Assembly (NCBI GenBank): GCA_038496445.1
Contig: JALMLS010000228.1
Span: forward strand, 372,001-436,000
Source: Trichosphaerium sp. ATCC 40318
Taxonomy: Eukaryota; Protista; Tubulinea
Reading direction: 5' to 3'
Length of the DNA: 64,000 nt
Below are positions 12,938 to 26,100 of the stretch, one piece after another (the first letter of the stretch is position 1; every line of letters starts with the position of its first letter). A model generated the notes under the pieces. The model was not told where the DNA came from. It ran no database searches and saw nothing but the letters and a program-made list of their open reading frames with translations. Both the position numbers and the translations under genes were made by a program.

Positions 12938-14193
12938 CTAAGTCTTGTTGCGATAAGGATATTCTTTGTATCCTTCTACAACACCGTTAACAACGTGATA
13001 CTCTTCCCCTAGTTGACCGTTCCTGTACCATGCCTTGAAATCACCGTCATGTTTATCGTTCTTAAAGGAATACTGCTTTCTAAGTTGTCCATTTTGATAC
13101 CATTCCTTGTACTCTCCTTCCTTTTTACCTTTTATGAAATTGCAATGCCTACGCAATTGACCACTTGAATACCAGATCTTACACTCTCCGTCCTTCATAT
13201 CATTCACATAGTAACACTTGTTTTCTAGTTGACCATTGCTATGCCACGCCTTGTACTCACCTTCTTTCTTGTATTTGACATAAAGGCATTTTGTTTCTAG
13301 TTCACCATTTTCATGCCAGGACATATACTCTCCTTCCTTTATACCATTAAGATAATTCACTTGCAATTTCAAATGACAATCTGTAACCACACTTCCATAA
13401 TACCATTCGTTGTACACACCTTCAAGTACACCATTGACATAAAAGCACTCAAATTTTTTGGAACCACTATCAAACCAAGTTGAGTATTTCCCATCAAACT
13501 TACCTTGTGTGTAGTTGCATTTCTCAGATAGCTTACCAGTAGAATGCCAACTAGTATACTCACCATGTTTTAAACCATTAGCATAATAACACTTCTTTTT
13601 CATTCGATGACCCTCTGAGAGACACTTAGCATCATATCTTATTGGTGATATCTTATGTGGTAGTAAAAATAAAAGGGTATTTTAGGATTTTTGAGGTTGA
13701 GGTTCATGAGGCTTACCATCTGAGTGCCAAGCAATATACTCTCCTTCTTTTTTATCATCAATGTAATTACACTTAACAGACAATTGTCCACCATTATGCC
13801 ACCTCTTGTATTCTCCTTGTTTTAAATCTTGAGCGTAATTATACTGTTCAGCTAATAGACCATTTATATGCCATTTTTTGAACAAACCATCTCGTTTGCC
13901 ATGTGTAAAATGGAGCTGTTGTTGAAATGTAGAGTCATCGCAAAGTCTTTTTGTTTGCTTCCATTTTCCATGTTTTTCTAAGTTGTTATCAAACCTTGTA
14001 CTTGTTGCTGCTTGTTTTGAGAGCAATGGCCATTTTTTATGCAGTGTATCATCTAAATCCATTACATCTAGTTGTAGCTCCATAGGAAGGTTTAATAAAG
14101 AGTAACTCTTTGCTTTATACGCTGTTGACTACGTTTTTGTTATCTCTCGCGACTATACAGTTGTTCTCGTGTGGGTACCTGTGTTGATGCCAT
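12938..14193 (-). CDS. MORN-variant (YwqK-like) repeat protein with an N-terminal F-box-like motif
   Basis: The two listed ORFs join through a GTAAG...CAG intron (WHSD|EGHRMKK). An upstream exon MASTQ| extends the N-terminus to SLLNLPMELQLDVM (F-box-like LP.EL). About 12 repeats of the type GEYKxWxxNGQL...Y.NG. Confidence 0.8.
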
Positions 14194-15720
14194 TTCGTGT
14201 CGTCCTGCAAGCGTACGTTTGTTAGGTAGAGTTGAGCTTGACTTTACGCGAATCTTACTTTATTCACTTACTTCGAAGAAACATAATAAGGTAACCAAGT
14301 CAATACAGGAAAAAAAAACAATTGATTTATTAATGCATTCATATTTTGATATTGAACGGTATTATGCAATGTTCAATGCTTATGTATGATTTATTGTACA
14401 AGGACTTCGTACGTAATTGTTTTTGACTTTGTACATGCAACTTTTCCTGGTAATTTAAAATGCTGGCGAGCTAGATTCACATCTCAAAATACTCTGTTTC
14501 CGAGTTCTTTGCGCCAAGATACAATGTATGGTGCCATTTAATGAATAAGGGCGTACCCTACTTACCCTGCAATGAGTATTTTGGACGCAGTACAATTCAA
14601 TGGCAAGTAATTACGAAAAATAGAGAAATGTGTTCAATCAAGTGATCAATAAATTGCATTAGACATTAGTTGTAACAATCACCTGTATCACTCATGTATA
14701 GGTCTTGGCGTTCATTGTGGTGTTGCAACTCTAACAAACTTGATTGTACCATATAGAGCCTCAGAGATACAGTAATATTTTTGCTGTTCATGACATTCCA
14801 GAGAAATTAGATCAACTTTAAATGCTTACATGTTTGTTACCTTTTTTCTCTCGAACGAATCTACATGTACAGTCACTACATAATTGTGAATACGAGTATG
14901 AAGCCAGTGCTTCAGATTATTGACAAAAGCATAGTTTTGATGTTTCATGTGTTTGGCTTGAATGGAATTGGATTCTAAACGTATCACAGGTGGTTTTTAC
15001 GCTAAAAGAAACGGAGGAAAATGAAGTGGAAACAATAGAAAACATGTAAAAACAATACCCGTAATAGTTCCTCACTACTGCTGGTATAGTCCTTAATAGC
15101 GATTTAAATCTGGATTGTTTATACACAACATCGTTGAGAGGTGACATGAGAGTTGAGTGAACCCTTTAAATCACTTTTTCAATCGATTATTTTTTATCAC
15201 GCGTTTCCTTTCTTATCTCTGTCACGTGCCTTCAACCATTCAAACACCGAGAAAGTTTTATATTGTTTGTAATTTTATTCTGTCGCTAGCGTTTTTAAAC
15301 AACGAAACTAGTCTACAAATACAACAGCGCATTTCGTTAAAACTTCAAGAAAAAAATGGCTTTCGAAATCATGGATTTGAACACACTGGTATCCTTTTTC
15401 AAATTATTTGTAGTTTTCTTTCACGCAAATTTTTGGATGTAATAGTATATTGAATGCTGCGAACATCCAAAGCTATGAAAGGAATATTTTAAGAGCCAGA
15501 TTTTCACATGTCACTTGTCACTAATGCAACGTTTGGCTAGCGGCTTAGAAAAACTCATATTTAGTAGTAGAGAGCTACAACACAAATAATACGTAGCAAT
15601 ACGACGTAATTTTCAGCTACTCAGTGTTATTTGAATTCACAGTTCGCAGGTTTTATTGTGTACTTTTCAAACATATCATATTACAACCGACAACAACCAA
15701 CAAGCACCTCATCAAATCCA

Positions 15721-16279
15721 ATGGCAGCATTTAAAGCAGCAGCAATAAAATTCGCAACAGAACAAGGTACATCAAACTACTACATGTTAAACACTGACGT
15801 GTAATAGCTGTTGATATCGGCACTACACTCATGGATAGATTAAAGAAAAATCTGTTTGGAGACGGTAGAGCCACCCGCAGTATCGATGTTATTGTGGTAA
15901 ATAAGACTGGGAACGATCTTCAACTTGTAAAAGCCCCACAACCAAAGGACAACTCTGGTGGTTCAGGTATAGTTCAAAACAGATTCTTCAAAGTTTGCTT
16001 ACAGTTACATCTCTTCTAGGTGTCTGGAGTAGCTCGATTCTTCCTCCTTCTGATATCAAATCAAACACTGAAGAAGCTTACGGATGTGAGAGCAATGGGT
16101 TCATGACTGGTGTGACTGTGGCCAAAGCATGGTACAAAGATGTAAAGACAGGCAAAGAGTATGTTTTGACAACTTCAAATCCATATTCTGGATCCAATCA
16201 TAGTCAAGCTGAGCCTTCCACTGTTCTGGTCATTCAAGGAGGAGGCGACAACTGTACTGTAAAATTTGTCATAAGGTGA
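15721..16279 (+). CDS. Aegerolysin/Cry34(ET79)/actinoporin-like beta-sandwich protein, ~154 aa, 2 introns
   Basis: MAAFKAAAIKFATEQAVDIGTTLMDRLKKNLFGDGRATRSIDVIVVNKTGNDLQL...GVWSSSILPPSDI...CESNGFMTGV...SNPYSGSN. The motifs RS..I.N.T, G.W..PP, ESNGFMTG and NPYSGSN fit the family. Confidence 0.7.
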
Positions 16280-16649
16280 GAAGGGATGTTATGCCCACAG
16301 CGCCAATGCATACCACGAAAGTGCTTGTGAAAGTCAAGTTAACCAAAGAATAAACTACTATCATGCCAACAGTACCGTTTACCATTACTTGACCGTGTGA
16401 GACTTACCACGCACTGCTGGAACTGCTTGAAAGAGCATTAAATGGTGAACTCTTTGTGCACGTTTTTGAATATCGGAGTAACTGTCCAACTTCTAAAACA
16501 TTATCTATTTTGATGAAACGTTCAACAGATTTCAACGCTTTATAATAAAAGAACGAAAAACTGCAATCTCGAGGCACGTGCGCAGCCGTAACACGTGTAT
16601 AATAAAGTTAGCTTTATTTATGAATTTACAAGTAGTCCAGCCTCATAGA

Positions 16650-19600
16650 ATGGACGATAGAGAAGAGATGGAGCTTCTCAATGATGAAGAGCGAGAATTA
16701 CTGCCTCTGGTGACAAATAAACCAGAGAGAGAGTGGCACAAGCGTCAAGAGCATATGGGATACAACGTACCGCCTTTATTACCTATTTTCGAGTGGCTAC
16801 CAAAGTACAGCCTCAAAAGAGATTTAATAAGGGATATTGTGGCAGCTCTTGCTGTAGCGTCTCTACTTATACCTCAAAGTCTTGCTTACGCTCTCCTGGC
16901 TGATCTACCACCTCGCTATGGGTATGTAAAATGGATATTTTAACCACGCGTGTATATGTTAACGCACGTGCGCAGGTTATATACGGCATGGGTTAGTATT
17001 CTCTCACAACGCTTTTTTTTTATTTTGTTTTGATTGAAGTGTTAAAAAGGACTTGTGTTTGTAGATACCTTTGATTGTTTATGTACCATTTGGTACTAGT
17101 AAGCAACTTGCAGTTGGACCAGATGCATTGGCGGCTCTTTTAGTTGGTACAAACAAAGAAGAAAGACGAGTTAAATATTTCTTTTTGGGATAACACTTTT
17201 TTTTTCTTATAGGTATAAATCTGGCAATCGCTCATCAGTAGTACGCTGTTTCTCAATTACAAAGATAAGTTTTTATTAAAATGGACCGTAGTGGATTTGG
17301 TGATGAGATAGTACACGTGTTCTCTTTGATGTGTGGTTGTTTTCTCTTTGGCATGGGAGTACGTTATTTTAGCTATAACGAGTGAATTTGCCGATAAAGT
17401 CTGATGACGTTTTCGTGATTTTGACGTTTTCGTAAGATGTTCAAGTTGGGTTTCCTAGATAACATACTATCTCGACCATTATTAGTCGGCTTCGTAAATG
17501 CTGTGGGTGTAATAATTATATTGATTCAGGTATGTTGAAGAGAATGGTCCGAGTTCAGATTTTGACTTTATTTATTTAGCTTGATACAATCTTTGGGCTT
17601 CCCAACAAAGAGAGCCATCTTGGATGGGATAAGATTGAGTATCTGCATAAACACAGGTACAGTTATAAGACATTATATAGCGGTACATTGTCTAATTTTT
17701 TGAACGTCTAGACATGATATTAATTGGGTAACTTTTGGTATTGGTATTTCCAGTTTTGTTCTGCTTTTGGTGTTTAAGATATGGAGCAAATACAATAGTT
17801 TCGCAAAGTATATTCCTTCCACTCTTCTAGTGGTACTTATTGGTCTCTTTTTTGCGTACATATTGAAACTAAGCGACGACCACGGTACGTAAAAACATAA
17901 AAAAAAAATCACTTGTTTGAAAGGCTGTTTTTGTTTCTTTGTTTTTTCTTCGTGTTCGCTTGCTCAGAATGATTTAGGTGTAATATTACTTGGTAGCAAT
18001 AAGATATCGTTTCCGAACCCTATTCTACCGCGAATGACTGTTGACAGGTACTTGCAATAATTCTATCTTATGTTTAAACATCTTAATTTGTTTTTTTTTA
18101 AAGGATGCAACAAAGTATACTACCTTGTCTTGTCATTGGTGGTATTGGTTTTCTTGAATCAATAATAGTTGCCAAGATATACGCTTCAAAACATAACTAT
18201 TTAGGCACGTGATTAAAATCGAAAAAAGCAATCCAAGAATGATGTCTTATTTGTTTTTAGTTGACTCGAACAGAGAATTGTTGGCACTTGGTTTGGCTAA
18301 TATGGTCGGTGCCTTTTTCCAAACGTTCCCTACATTTGGTTCTTTAACTAGAAGCGCTCTTGCTGATGACATGGGACAAAGAACTCAAATATCTAGTTTG
18401 ATAGTATCATGCTTTGTCCTCTTAACAATCTTTTTCTTGGGTCCTGTTATTGCTGTAAGATCAACTTTCTACTCTTGTCTGTGTACTTACTTTTTACCTT
18501 TAAAGTGGCTTCCAAAGAGCGTTATGGCAGCTATTATTGTATGGGCTGCTGTAACGATGCTCGAACTTCATGATTTCGTGTTTTGGTGGAAGATTGGGGT
18601 ACTACTATAAAAGCTTGCTTAATTAGTTGAAACTCATATTTTTTCAAGGCTTGGAAGGCGTTCTTGTTATCCACATTTACTTTTGGTGTGACAATGGGTC
18701 TTGGTGTAGACCTTGGACTGTTGATGAGTGTTGTGGTATCATTATTACTCATTCTACGAAGGTCATCAGATACAAGAGTTAAAATTCTTGGTACCACTTT
18801 TTTTTCCTTTTGTAGAGATTCCTTATTTGATCAACGCCTTATCTTGCTTATTAGGTAAAATTATCAGTGGTGGACCAGAGTCAGGAAAGTATCGTGATAT
18901 TTCAAAGTTTGGAGATGCAATGGTGATACCTGTAAGACTGAACTTTCTTTTTTTTAAGAAAGATCAAAATGAAATCAGTCCTCAGCGTTTACAGTAATGT
19001 AGGGTATTCTTATTTTTAAAATTGAAGAACCATTGTATTTTGCGAATATAGGAGAAGTCAAGGATCTTATATACAAAACAGAAAGGTCATACAAGGGCGG
19101 TCTGTAAGTAGCGTTTTATTTTTTCAGAGAAGGATATTTTACAGTTTTGTTTAGGTATGCTATTATTATACATGGTAAAGAAATGAAGCATATGGACGAC
19201 AGGTACATAAAATAGATTTCTTACCTTATGAAAAAAGACAACAAAAGCATTTATAAAAGTCATTATTTCTTACACAATGCAAACAAAGAAAAAAAGCACT
19301 TTGCAGCTTTTTTTGAGTTAATGCTTCTTTCATACTTTATTTTCTATGAAAGTAATTAGAATCCTTGAAGTGTATTACGCACCGCATATGTTTGTTTCTT
19401 ACAAAAATCCATTCACAGTCAAAGGAGACTTATGTCAAGGCCGTTTTTTTCAAAAACAACTTTGTTCTATTTTTTTAATTGAGATGCACTTTTAATAATA
19501 ACAAAATAGCGCTATTGAAATCATGCTTGATATGATGAATAAATTCCAAGAACGTAAGGTGTACATGTGTTGGGTAAAATTACCAGCAGAATTGAAAAAA

Positions 19601-19785
19601 ACGTTGCTAAAATGCGGCATTATCGGAAGTCTTATGGGTGACAGGTAAAATACTTTGTTTTTTTTGTGGAAAGTTTTGCGTTGTGTTGTTTTTCCAACTT
19701 TTTAACTGTTGCGTATAGGGTTTTCAGCTCTACAGATGATGCTATAAGTTACCTAGAAGACTATGTAAAAGGTTTGTACGCTTGA
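16650..19785 (+). CDS. SLC26/SulP anion transporter with STAS domain
   Basis: PIFEWLPKY, DIVAALAVASLLIPQSLAYALLADLPPRYGLY, GTSKQLAVGP, LGFLDNILSRPLLVGFVN, VDSNRELLALGLAN, GSLTRSA, STAS IEEPLYFAN. About 17 introns, including a GC-AG intron at 18205 and a 16-nt micro-exon (16976-16991). Confidence 0.93.
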
Positions 19786-19935
19786 GTGCTATTGTTAGGC
19801 TAATTCTTTTTAAAGGTTGGACAGATGAAACTCTTATTGAGACGTAAAGAGAATACTCCCAAAATACAAAAAAAAAATACAAAAATAAACAAGTTGAAGA
19901 TTGACCTGAATGAACGCAAATAGAATATATTGAGA

Positions 19936-20379
19936 TCAAATATAGTCGTAGTACATGTCACAATGTTTAAACAATACTTTGTCATTTTCAATCACAATAA
20001 GCCCAGTACAATACGAAGAAGTGGTGAATTTCCCATTCTTGAATTGATAAACAATACCCTTCAATTTCATTGTCTCTTCAGAAAAGTCCAAGTTACCAAC
20101 TACTATTGTTCCACCAATGAAAGTTGATTTCATCTTATCATCTACGCTCTCAGCCCATTGCCTGACACTTGTGTAGTCCTTCCTTATTGTTCCGTTGATG
20201 TAGAAGGTAAATGAATGCTCGCTGGCATAGAAAGAGGTCATCGTATTGACGATTTCATCAAATGTTGTTGCTCTAGCTGTCTGGATTGTAAATTCTCGCT
20301 CCATAAGAAAAACACGTTCTCGGAGAGTTGTAGGTACAGGTTTATATATTGTACCAGTGCTAGCCGTTTGTTGTGTCAT
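19936..20379 (-). CDS. Intronless hypothetical protein, possibly NTF2/SnoaL-like fold
   Basis: 147-aa ATG-initiated ORF. Pattern of helix-FYA-short strands-helix-long strands ending IENDKV...MYYD resembles SnoaL-like proteins (inference). Confidence 0.5.
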   Translation of the reverse strand: MTQQTASTGTIYKPVPTTLRERVFLMEREFTIQTARATTFDEIVNTMTSFYASEHSFTFYINGTIRKDYTSVRQWAESVDDKMKSTFIGGTIVVGNLDFSEETMKLKGIVYQFKNGKFTTSSYCTGLIVIENDKVLFKHCDMYYDYI

Positions 20380-20784
20380 TGTTGTTATTACTAGATAAAT
20401 GATGATATCTTGACTCGTGTCAGAAATTCTGTATGTTTTCGGATGTTTAATTGCGCCGCAGCTCCGCTTATGTTACATAGTCGACTATTTGATATACTAA
20501 CCTACTGTTAAAACCCCCGATAATACCTTTTCCAGTGTTGAAAACCACAAAGAGAACAGTGTGCCACTATGAATTTCCAAACAATTCTGTATTGTTTCAG
20601 TTTTACTTGTATTGTGAACAAGTACTTACACTACCGTTAATCATATGCCTGCACTAATATTATAGAACCTGAAGGTAGATTGTCTTCGTTGACGTCACGT
20701 GTTTTGACATGGTTTTGTGCAGCGTTCTGATCATCAAAGTAAGTACTACTTTTTAGGTTTTGCCTCTTTTGATAAGACGAAATC

Positions 20785-21190
20785 ATGGGTACGCAGTTGG
20801 ACCTAATTTCGTTCAAACAAGTGATGTACTATTCCAGATCCTTTTGGACTAAGTGGTATAACAACGGGTCAACAGTTCACTCTAAGTATATGATGGTACA
20901 CGGAAGATTAATGGGATGAGCATGGGAACCTTATAGTACAATGTACATACATGAATGGCATGAAACATGGTGAGTACAAGGAGTGGTATGAAAATGGAAA
21001 GCTAGAGTCACAAAATACGTTCGTTGATGGCAATGAGAATGGTGAAAATAAAAGATGGTATGATAATGGCCAACCCATGGGACAACGTATGTATGTTGAT
21101 GGTACCCTCCACGGTGAGTATAAGGCCTTGGTACAGAATGGTCAACTTGGAATACAGTGTATGTATGTTAATGGTGAGCATGGCGCATAA
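20785..21190 (+). pseudogene. Decayed MORN-variant repeat gene
   Basis: Frame break between ...KWYNNGSTVHSKYMMVHGRL and WDEHGNLIVQCTYMNG. A local compensating frameshift (gccttggtacagaat) turns the consensus EYKAWYQNG into EYKALVQNG. Truncated at NGEHGA*. Confidence 0.65.
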
Positions 21191-21412
21191 ATTGGTACTC
21201 TGACGGTAGATTACTTTCGAGCAATGATACGTACGTGGATTATTGCTAGTACGTATTCGACTGTGTGTCTTCATCCAACCCCTCTTTGGATTGTTGACTG
21301 CGTAGCGTATCAAGACCCTTTGTAAACTCACAAATACATTGGGTTTTTTGCAACACGTGGATATTAAGTCATGTAGTTAAGGTTCAAAAAGATCTTTCTC
21401 AAGCTAAACACC

Positions 21413-21986
21413 ATGTCAAGCAAAAGAAAAAAGAGACGCGATTCAGTAACAGATGCATCGCCGCCAGCAAAGAAGCAAAAAACAAATAATAAAAAATCAC
21501 CTGCAAAACAAGGAAAACAACAAAAAAACACAGACAAGGACAAAAAAACGTCTAAAAAAGACGAAAAAGTAATGAAAGTGAGGGCAAACGAATTTAAGGT
21601 ACAAAAACGACCCTAAACGTATTTAATACTCCTAATTACGCGTCCAGCTGTCAAAAATGCGCAAAGCCAGCGTTGTCAAGTTTCAAGGCGCCAAACGAAT
21701 TGATATTAGAGAGTATTTTATTGCCAAAAATGGTGACACGAAACACGGTAGAAAAGGTATGTACCAGAGCATGTTGGCTGAGATATAAAACGTTATTCGC
21801 CATTTTTCCCTATCACACTAACACTACACCTCAAGGCATCGCTCTTACCATAGAACAATGGGAAGAACTTAAAAAGGTAGAACCAGACATCACAGACAAC
21901 ATTTTATCTAACCGACTGTCAAGGCAATTCCTCAAATTGACGCTCAATTGGCTGCTCTAGATGATTCGGACGATGATGACGAATAA
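21413..21986 (+). CDS. SUB1: Transcriptional coactivator PC4/Sub1
   Basis: Lys-rich N-terminus, then EFK|LSKMRKASVVKFQGAKRIDIREYF...GRK|GIALTIEQWEELKK|AIPQID; 3 introns. Confidence 0.85.
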
Positions 21987-22256
21987 ATGGAAGCTGCTCC
22001 ACTTTTTTGTACAACAATTTTTTCACGTGTAGAAACTTTAAAAATCCACTTGAAATACAACTACTAGCTTGCTTTTTTTGGTATCTTTTCTTTATTCTAC
22101 ACATTGCGTAGATACGCGCTACTTTATCCGAGCAATGAAGTATGGACTTGCATTACTTAGTTACACAACAATGCAGTCGCGACACGCCAACGTTTTTGTT
22201 TGCTTTAACGTTTAACTTATCTACAAAAATTTTCTTGGTTTTTTTTGTATTTTTCC

Positions 22257-22868
22257 TTAATACTCGATTTTTAAGCCCTTAACCTTTCCAACTACCTTTT
22301 GTAATTTTTCAAGAGCGTCACCGCTTGTTATTCCTTCGATCAATACACAACTGACACCTCTACGGATAAAAATTAGCAAAAATTCCATCAGAAAGAAAAG
22401 ACAATTTTGTTGATGTGCGCGTCTCGGCCTTGAAAGGCAAGTAAGCATACCTTTTACGTAAGCAAGCAACAGCGAGTTGGTCCTTGCAAGGGACGTATAC
22501 GTAAGGGATTTTGTTTTCTTCACATACAACTGGAATGTGGATCATACAGTCGATTGGAGTAACATCACCGGCGAAAACCATCAACCTGTAACGGCTGTAA
22601 GCTAATTGTGAAACGTAGAATCGCGTACGGGTTTTTCATGCTGTCTTTCTGCTTGCGGATGGCTCTTAAGCATGCCTTTATTCCAAAATGTAGTTGCTTA
22701 GCTTCGGCAGCTAATTGGCGTGAGTTGAGCAAAATATCATTAAATTTTCCTACCAACACCACATAGCTTGTAGATACGCTTGGTAAGTCTAATATCGGCC
22801 AAAGGCGTAGCAGTTGGGTTAACTAATGTGTAAACATCTATTTTATCAACCTCCATTGAGTCCGTCAT
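22257..22868 (-). CDS. NHP2: H/ACA snoRNP protein NHP2 (L7Ae family)
   Basis: VNPTATPLADIRLTKRIYKL, FGIKACLRAIRK, LMVFAGDVTPIDCMIHIPVVCEENKIPYVYVPCKDQLA; 3 introns. Confidence 0.85.
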
Positions 22869-23153
22869 TTGTTTAGCTATACAAGTTTTCTCAATAAGAA
22901 ACAAAAGAATGTCAAACAGACCGAAGTTGACGGTGCTTGTGCCGTTTTTTTTCAAAACGGTACTTTTACTAGCTTACCTTTTAATAGAATACCCAGAGAG
23001 TTTGCGTCTAAACAAGGGCAAACTTCCGCTGAAATCCTCGCTTAGACAGAAAGTTAAGTGAAAAGCTTTTTTTGACTTCAAACCTACAGGCGCATCTAAG
23101 GTACCGCTTTCTACCCTCGCGTAGTAATACTCACTCAGTTGAAGGAATAAAAC

Positions 23154-26100
23154 ATGGAACGCGCAGGTGATGCGTATCAAGTGCGAGTGCACATTATAGA
23201 ATGCAGAGAGCTCATGGGAAGGTAAGAGCAACGATTTAGGGTTTTCAAAGGCGTTTTTTTGACTTTTCAACCTCGCTCAACTCAAGCTAGGGACTGGGGC
23301 GGAACGTGTGATCCTATCACTTACGTCAAAGTTTTCGGAAAAGAAGAGCACACAAAGAGTTATGAAAAAACCCAGTCGTGCACCTTCGACCGTTGGTTTT
23401 TATACCAATCCGACAACATGAACGCAGATAAGTTCAAGCGCTCTCAAGTAAAGATTAAAGTTTTCGACGCTAACACAATAGCCCGAAATACCCTAGTCGG
23501 TACGTACCTCAAACTAATAACGGGCTCCGTTAGCTTTTCTACTACTTTATTTTTTGTTTTTTTGCTCTAGCCGTTTTGATGACGCTATTACTAGGTGCTT
23601 ATTCCATCGACTGCGCTTGGGTTTACGAGCAACCAGGCCATGAAATCTTTGCAAGATGGATTGCCTTAACAGACACAGATAACCCTAAAAATAAGGGCGT
23701 ACAGGTACCTAATACGTCGAAAATAGTGCGAGCAAGCGAAACTAAACGTTTTACGTTTAGGGTTACCTAAAAGTAACTATCACCGTTCTCGGGCCTGGTG
23801 ATGAAGCTGTTGTACATGAGCCAGGTGAGGAGTTTGAAGAGGAAACCGAAGGCAAATCGTTGCAATCAATGGTGCGTAGAAAGAGTTTTTTTTTGGCGGT
23901 TTACAAAACTAGTCAATTCCCGAGAATTTACGTTTAGCATTAACCTACCACGCTAGATCTTGCTCCCACCAAACATAAAAGTCGAAGATTGGGTTCTATC
24001 TGCTAAAATTCATAAAGGTCGTAACCTCCCAACGGCGGATAGCTTTGGTACGTATTTCGATACCTATAAGATTCTTTATTCTTACTTTTGTAATTAGGAG
24101 GCGTAGATCCTTTTGTAAAGGTAGAATTTGGTGGCCGAAAGGCTCATACGTCCACTAAGAAGGGCGCACACAATCCAGAGTGGAACGAGGAAGTATGTAT
24201 TCCGTTCCAAACTCCAAGTTTGTCCGATACAGTAGTATTGAAACTGTACGATAAAGATGCTGTACGTTTCCTAAATATCCACGATGGTCCTTGTCAAATT
24301 GATGATGCTTAATTATTGCATAGGGAAGCAAGGATGATTTACTCGCCACTGTTTTGTACGATATTGATGATATTATGGGCGAAGATAACCCTAGTACGTG
24401 CTAGTTTGTTTTTTGTTTATCTATGCAAAAAATGTGTTGTGCATCTGCTAATGTTTCTGATAGGACTCCACTGGGTGCCAATGTATGCTAATACCACCGA
24501 TCTTGATGATCAAGATAAAGCAGAAGGCGCTATTTGCAGAGGACAACTCTTGGTTGAAATCACAGCCATTAAGAGATCCTTGGATGAGGTGTGTGGCACA
24601 GTTTTTTTATATCGGGAACGTACTTTGCTAATTTGGTTGTAGCCTTCTGTCACTTCTTGCAGTACATCTGGAAGCCCAGCAGAGAAGCAATACAGCGTTC
24701 GTGCTGGTACGTATAATACCACATTAAACGAAGTATGTTGAGTGATTAATCGTGTGTAGATATTCTCGAACTCTCCGATCTTCCTTTCGATTCTTCCTCT
24801 ACAAAAGTAGAGTGTGTCGTTCAAGTAGGTGCTGATGTTAAGAACAGCCAAAAGCTCCCTTGGGTTCCAGTAAAGGTACGCAAATAAACTTTAGCTCTGG
24901 TAAACCTAATGTTTGTAGAACGCAAAATGCATGATCTACCAAGCAGTTCCTGATGTGAACCTTACACTTCCACTAAGCATTGATCTCGTACCAGATGTGT
25001 TCATTGAGTTTTACAGAAAAGGAGGACTAAACAAGAAGAAGAGATTTGGTTATATTAGAATAAAGGTACCGAAGCGTTTGACAATGTGTGCGCTTACCTC
25101 CTTGTTTAGGCCAAAGATCTTGATGCCACTAGCAGCATTAAATGGATCGAGATTACTCGCGACCCTTGGAACGATATTATCGATGCTGAGGAATCACCAG
25201 GTTTCTGTCTATGCAAACTCAACTTTGGTGAGAAGAATGAAATCGCTGCACAACCACGCACTACTGTTGAGCCTCTTAAGCTCAAGAACTTTCAACTACG
25301 CGCCATGATCTACCAAGCTCGGTACGTTTTTTTTTGTTGATTTGAGCTGTTTTTTTTTTGTGAGGACTTACTTGTGTTTAGTGACTTGGTCAGTAAAGAT
25401 TCAAGCGGTTCCTGCGATGGTTACGCTGTAGTTAGATGTGGTGGTAAATACAAAGTAAAATCCCACACTATAAACGACTCGTTGTTCCCAGAGTGGTTCC
25501 AAACCTTAAGTCTTGATGTTGAACTTCCTGAAGACTTGACCCACGCACCAAATGTTACTGTAATTGTACGTCTACAACTGGATCCTTTCTTACCCTTTTT
25601 CTTAACCACGAATTCTCATTTTATACAATAGATTCGCGATCACGATAAGTACTCGTTTTCTGATGATTTAATTGGACAATTCTTTGTTCAACCGGCATCC
25701 ATTTACGGTGCTAAGCCAACTGAACCAAAATGGTGAGTTTCTTTTTGAGTACCACTAGTGTTTAGTTGTTAACATATGTGCGAACAGGTATGATATCAAG
25801 GATTTTGTTGGTTCTCCAGGTGGTAAAGTGTTAGCCTCGTTCCACCTTATCGATATTGAAAAGAAGGATTCAATGCCTGTGCTAGACATTACACCAAAGA
25901 CTAAGGTAACAAACTTCCTAATTAAATTTGGAAACGATCTAAATGTAATTTGTAGCATGCTGTTATTGAAATCGACGCTATTGCGCTTATTGCACTTAAA
26001 CCATATCAGTACGTTGTAGTACCTTAAATGTCGCTTTCTTGCTAACGATTTTGGCTTACAGTGCTGACGATATTGACACACCATTCGTTGATGTTCAAGT

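Noticed and set aside
12938-14083. Bacterial YwqK toxin-antitoxin operon or bacterial contamination
   Set aside because: The two ORFs join through a spliceosomal intron, there is no toxin partner, and the flanks are eukaryotic genes.
14400-15450. Exon-like fragments on both strands between the MORN and aegerolysin-like genes
   Set aside because: I could not assemble an open spliced model or recognise a domain; possibly a decayed gene.
15357-15480. GTATCCTTT resembling a U12-type donor, with a weak branch-like tttctttcac
   Set aside because: No convincing spliced ORF results in any frame, and I saw no U12-type intron in the conserved genes.
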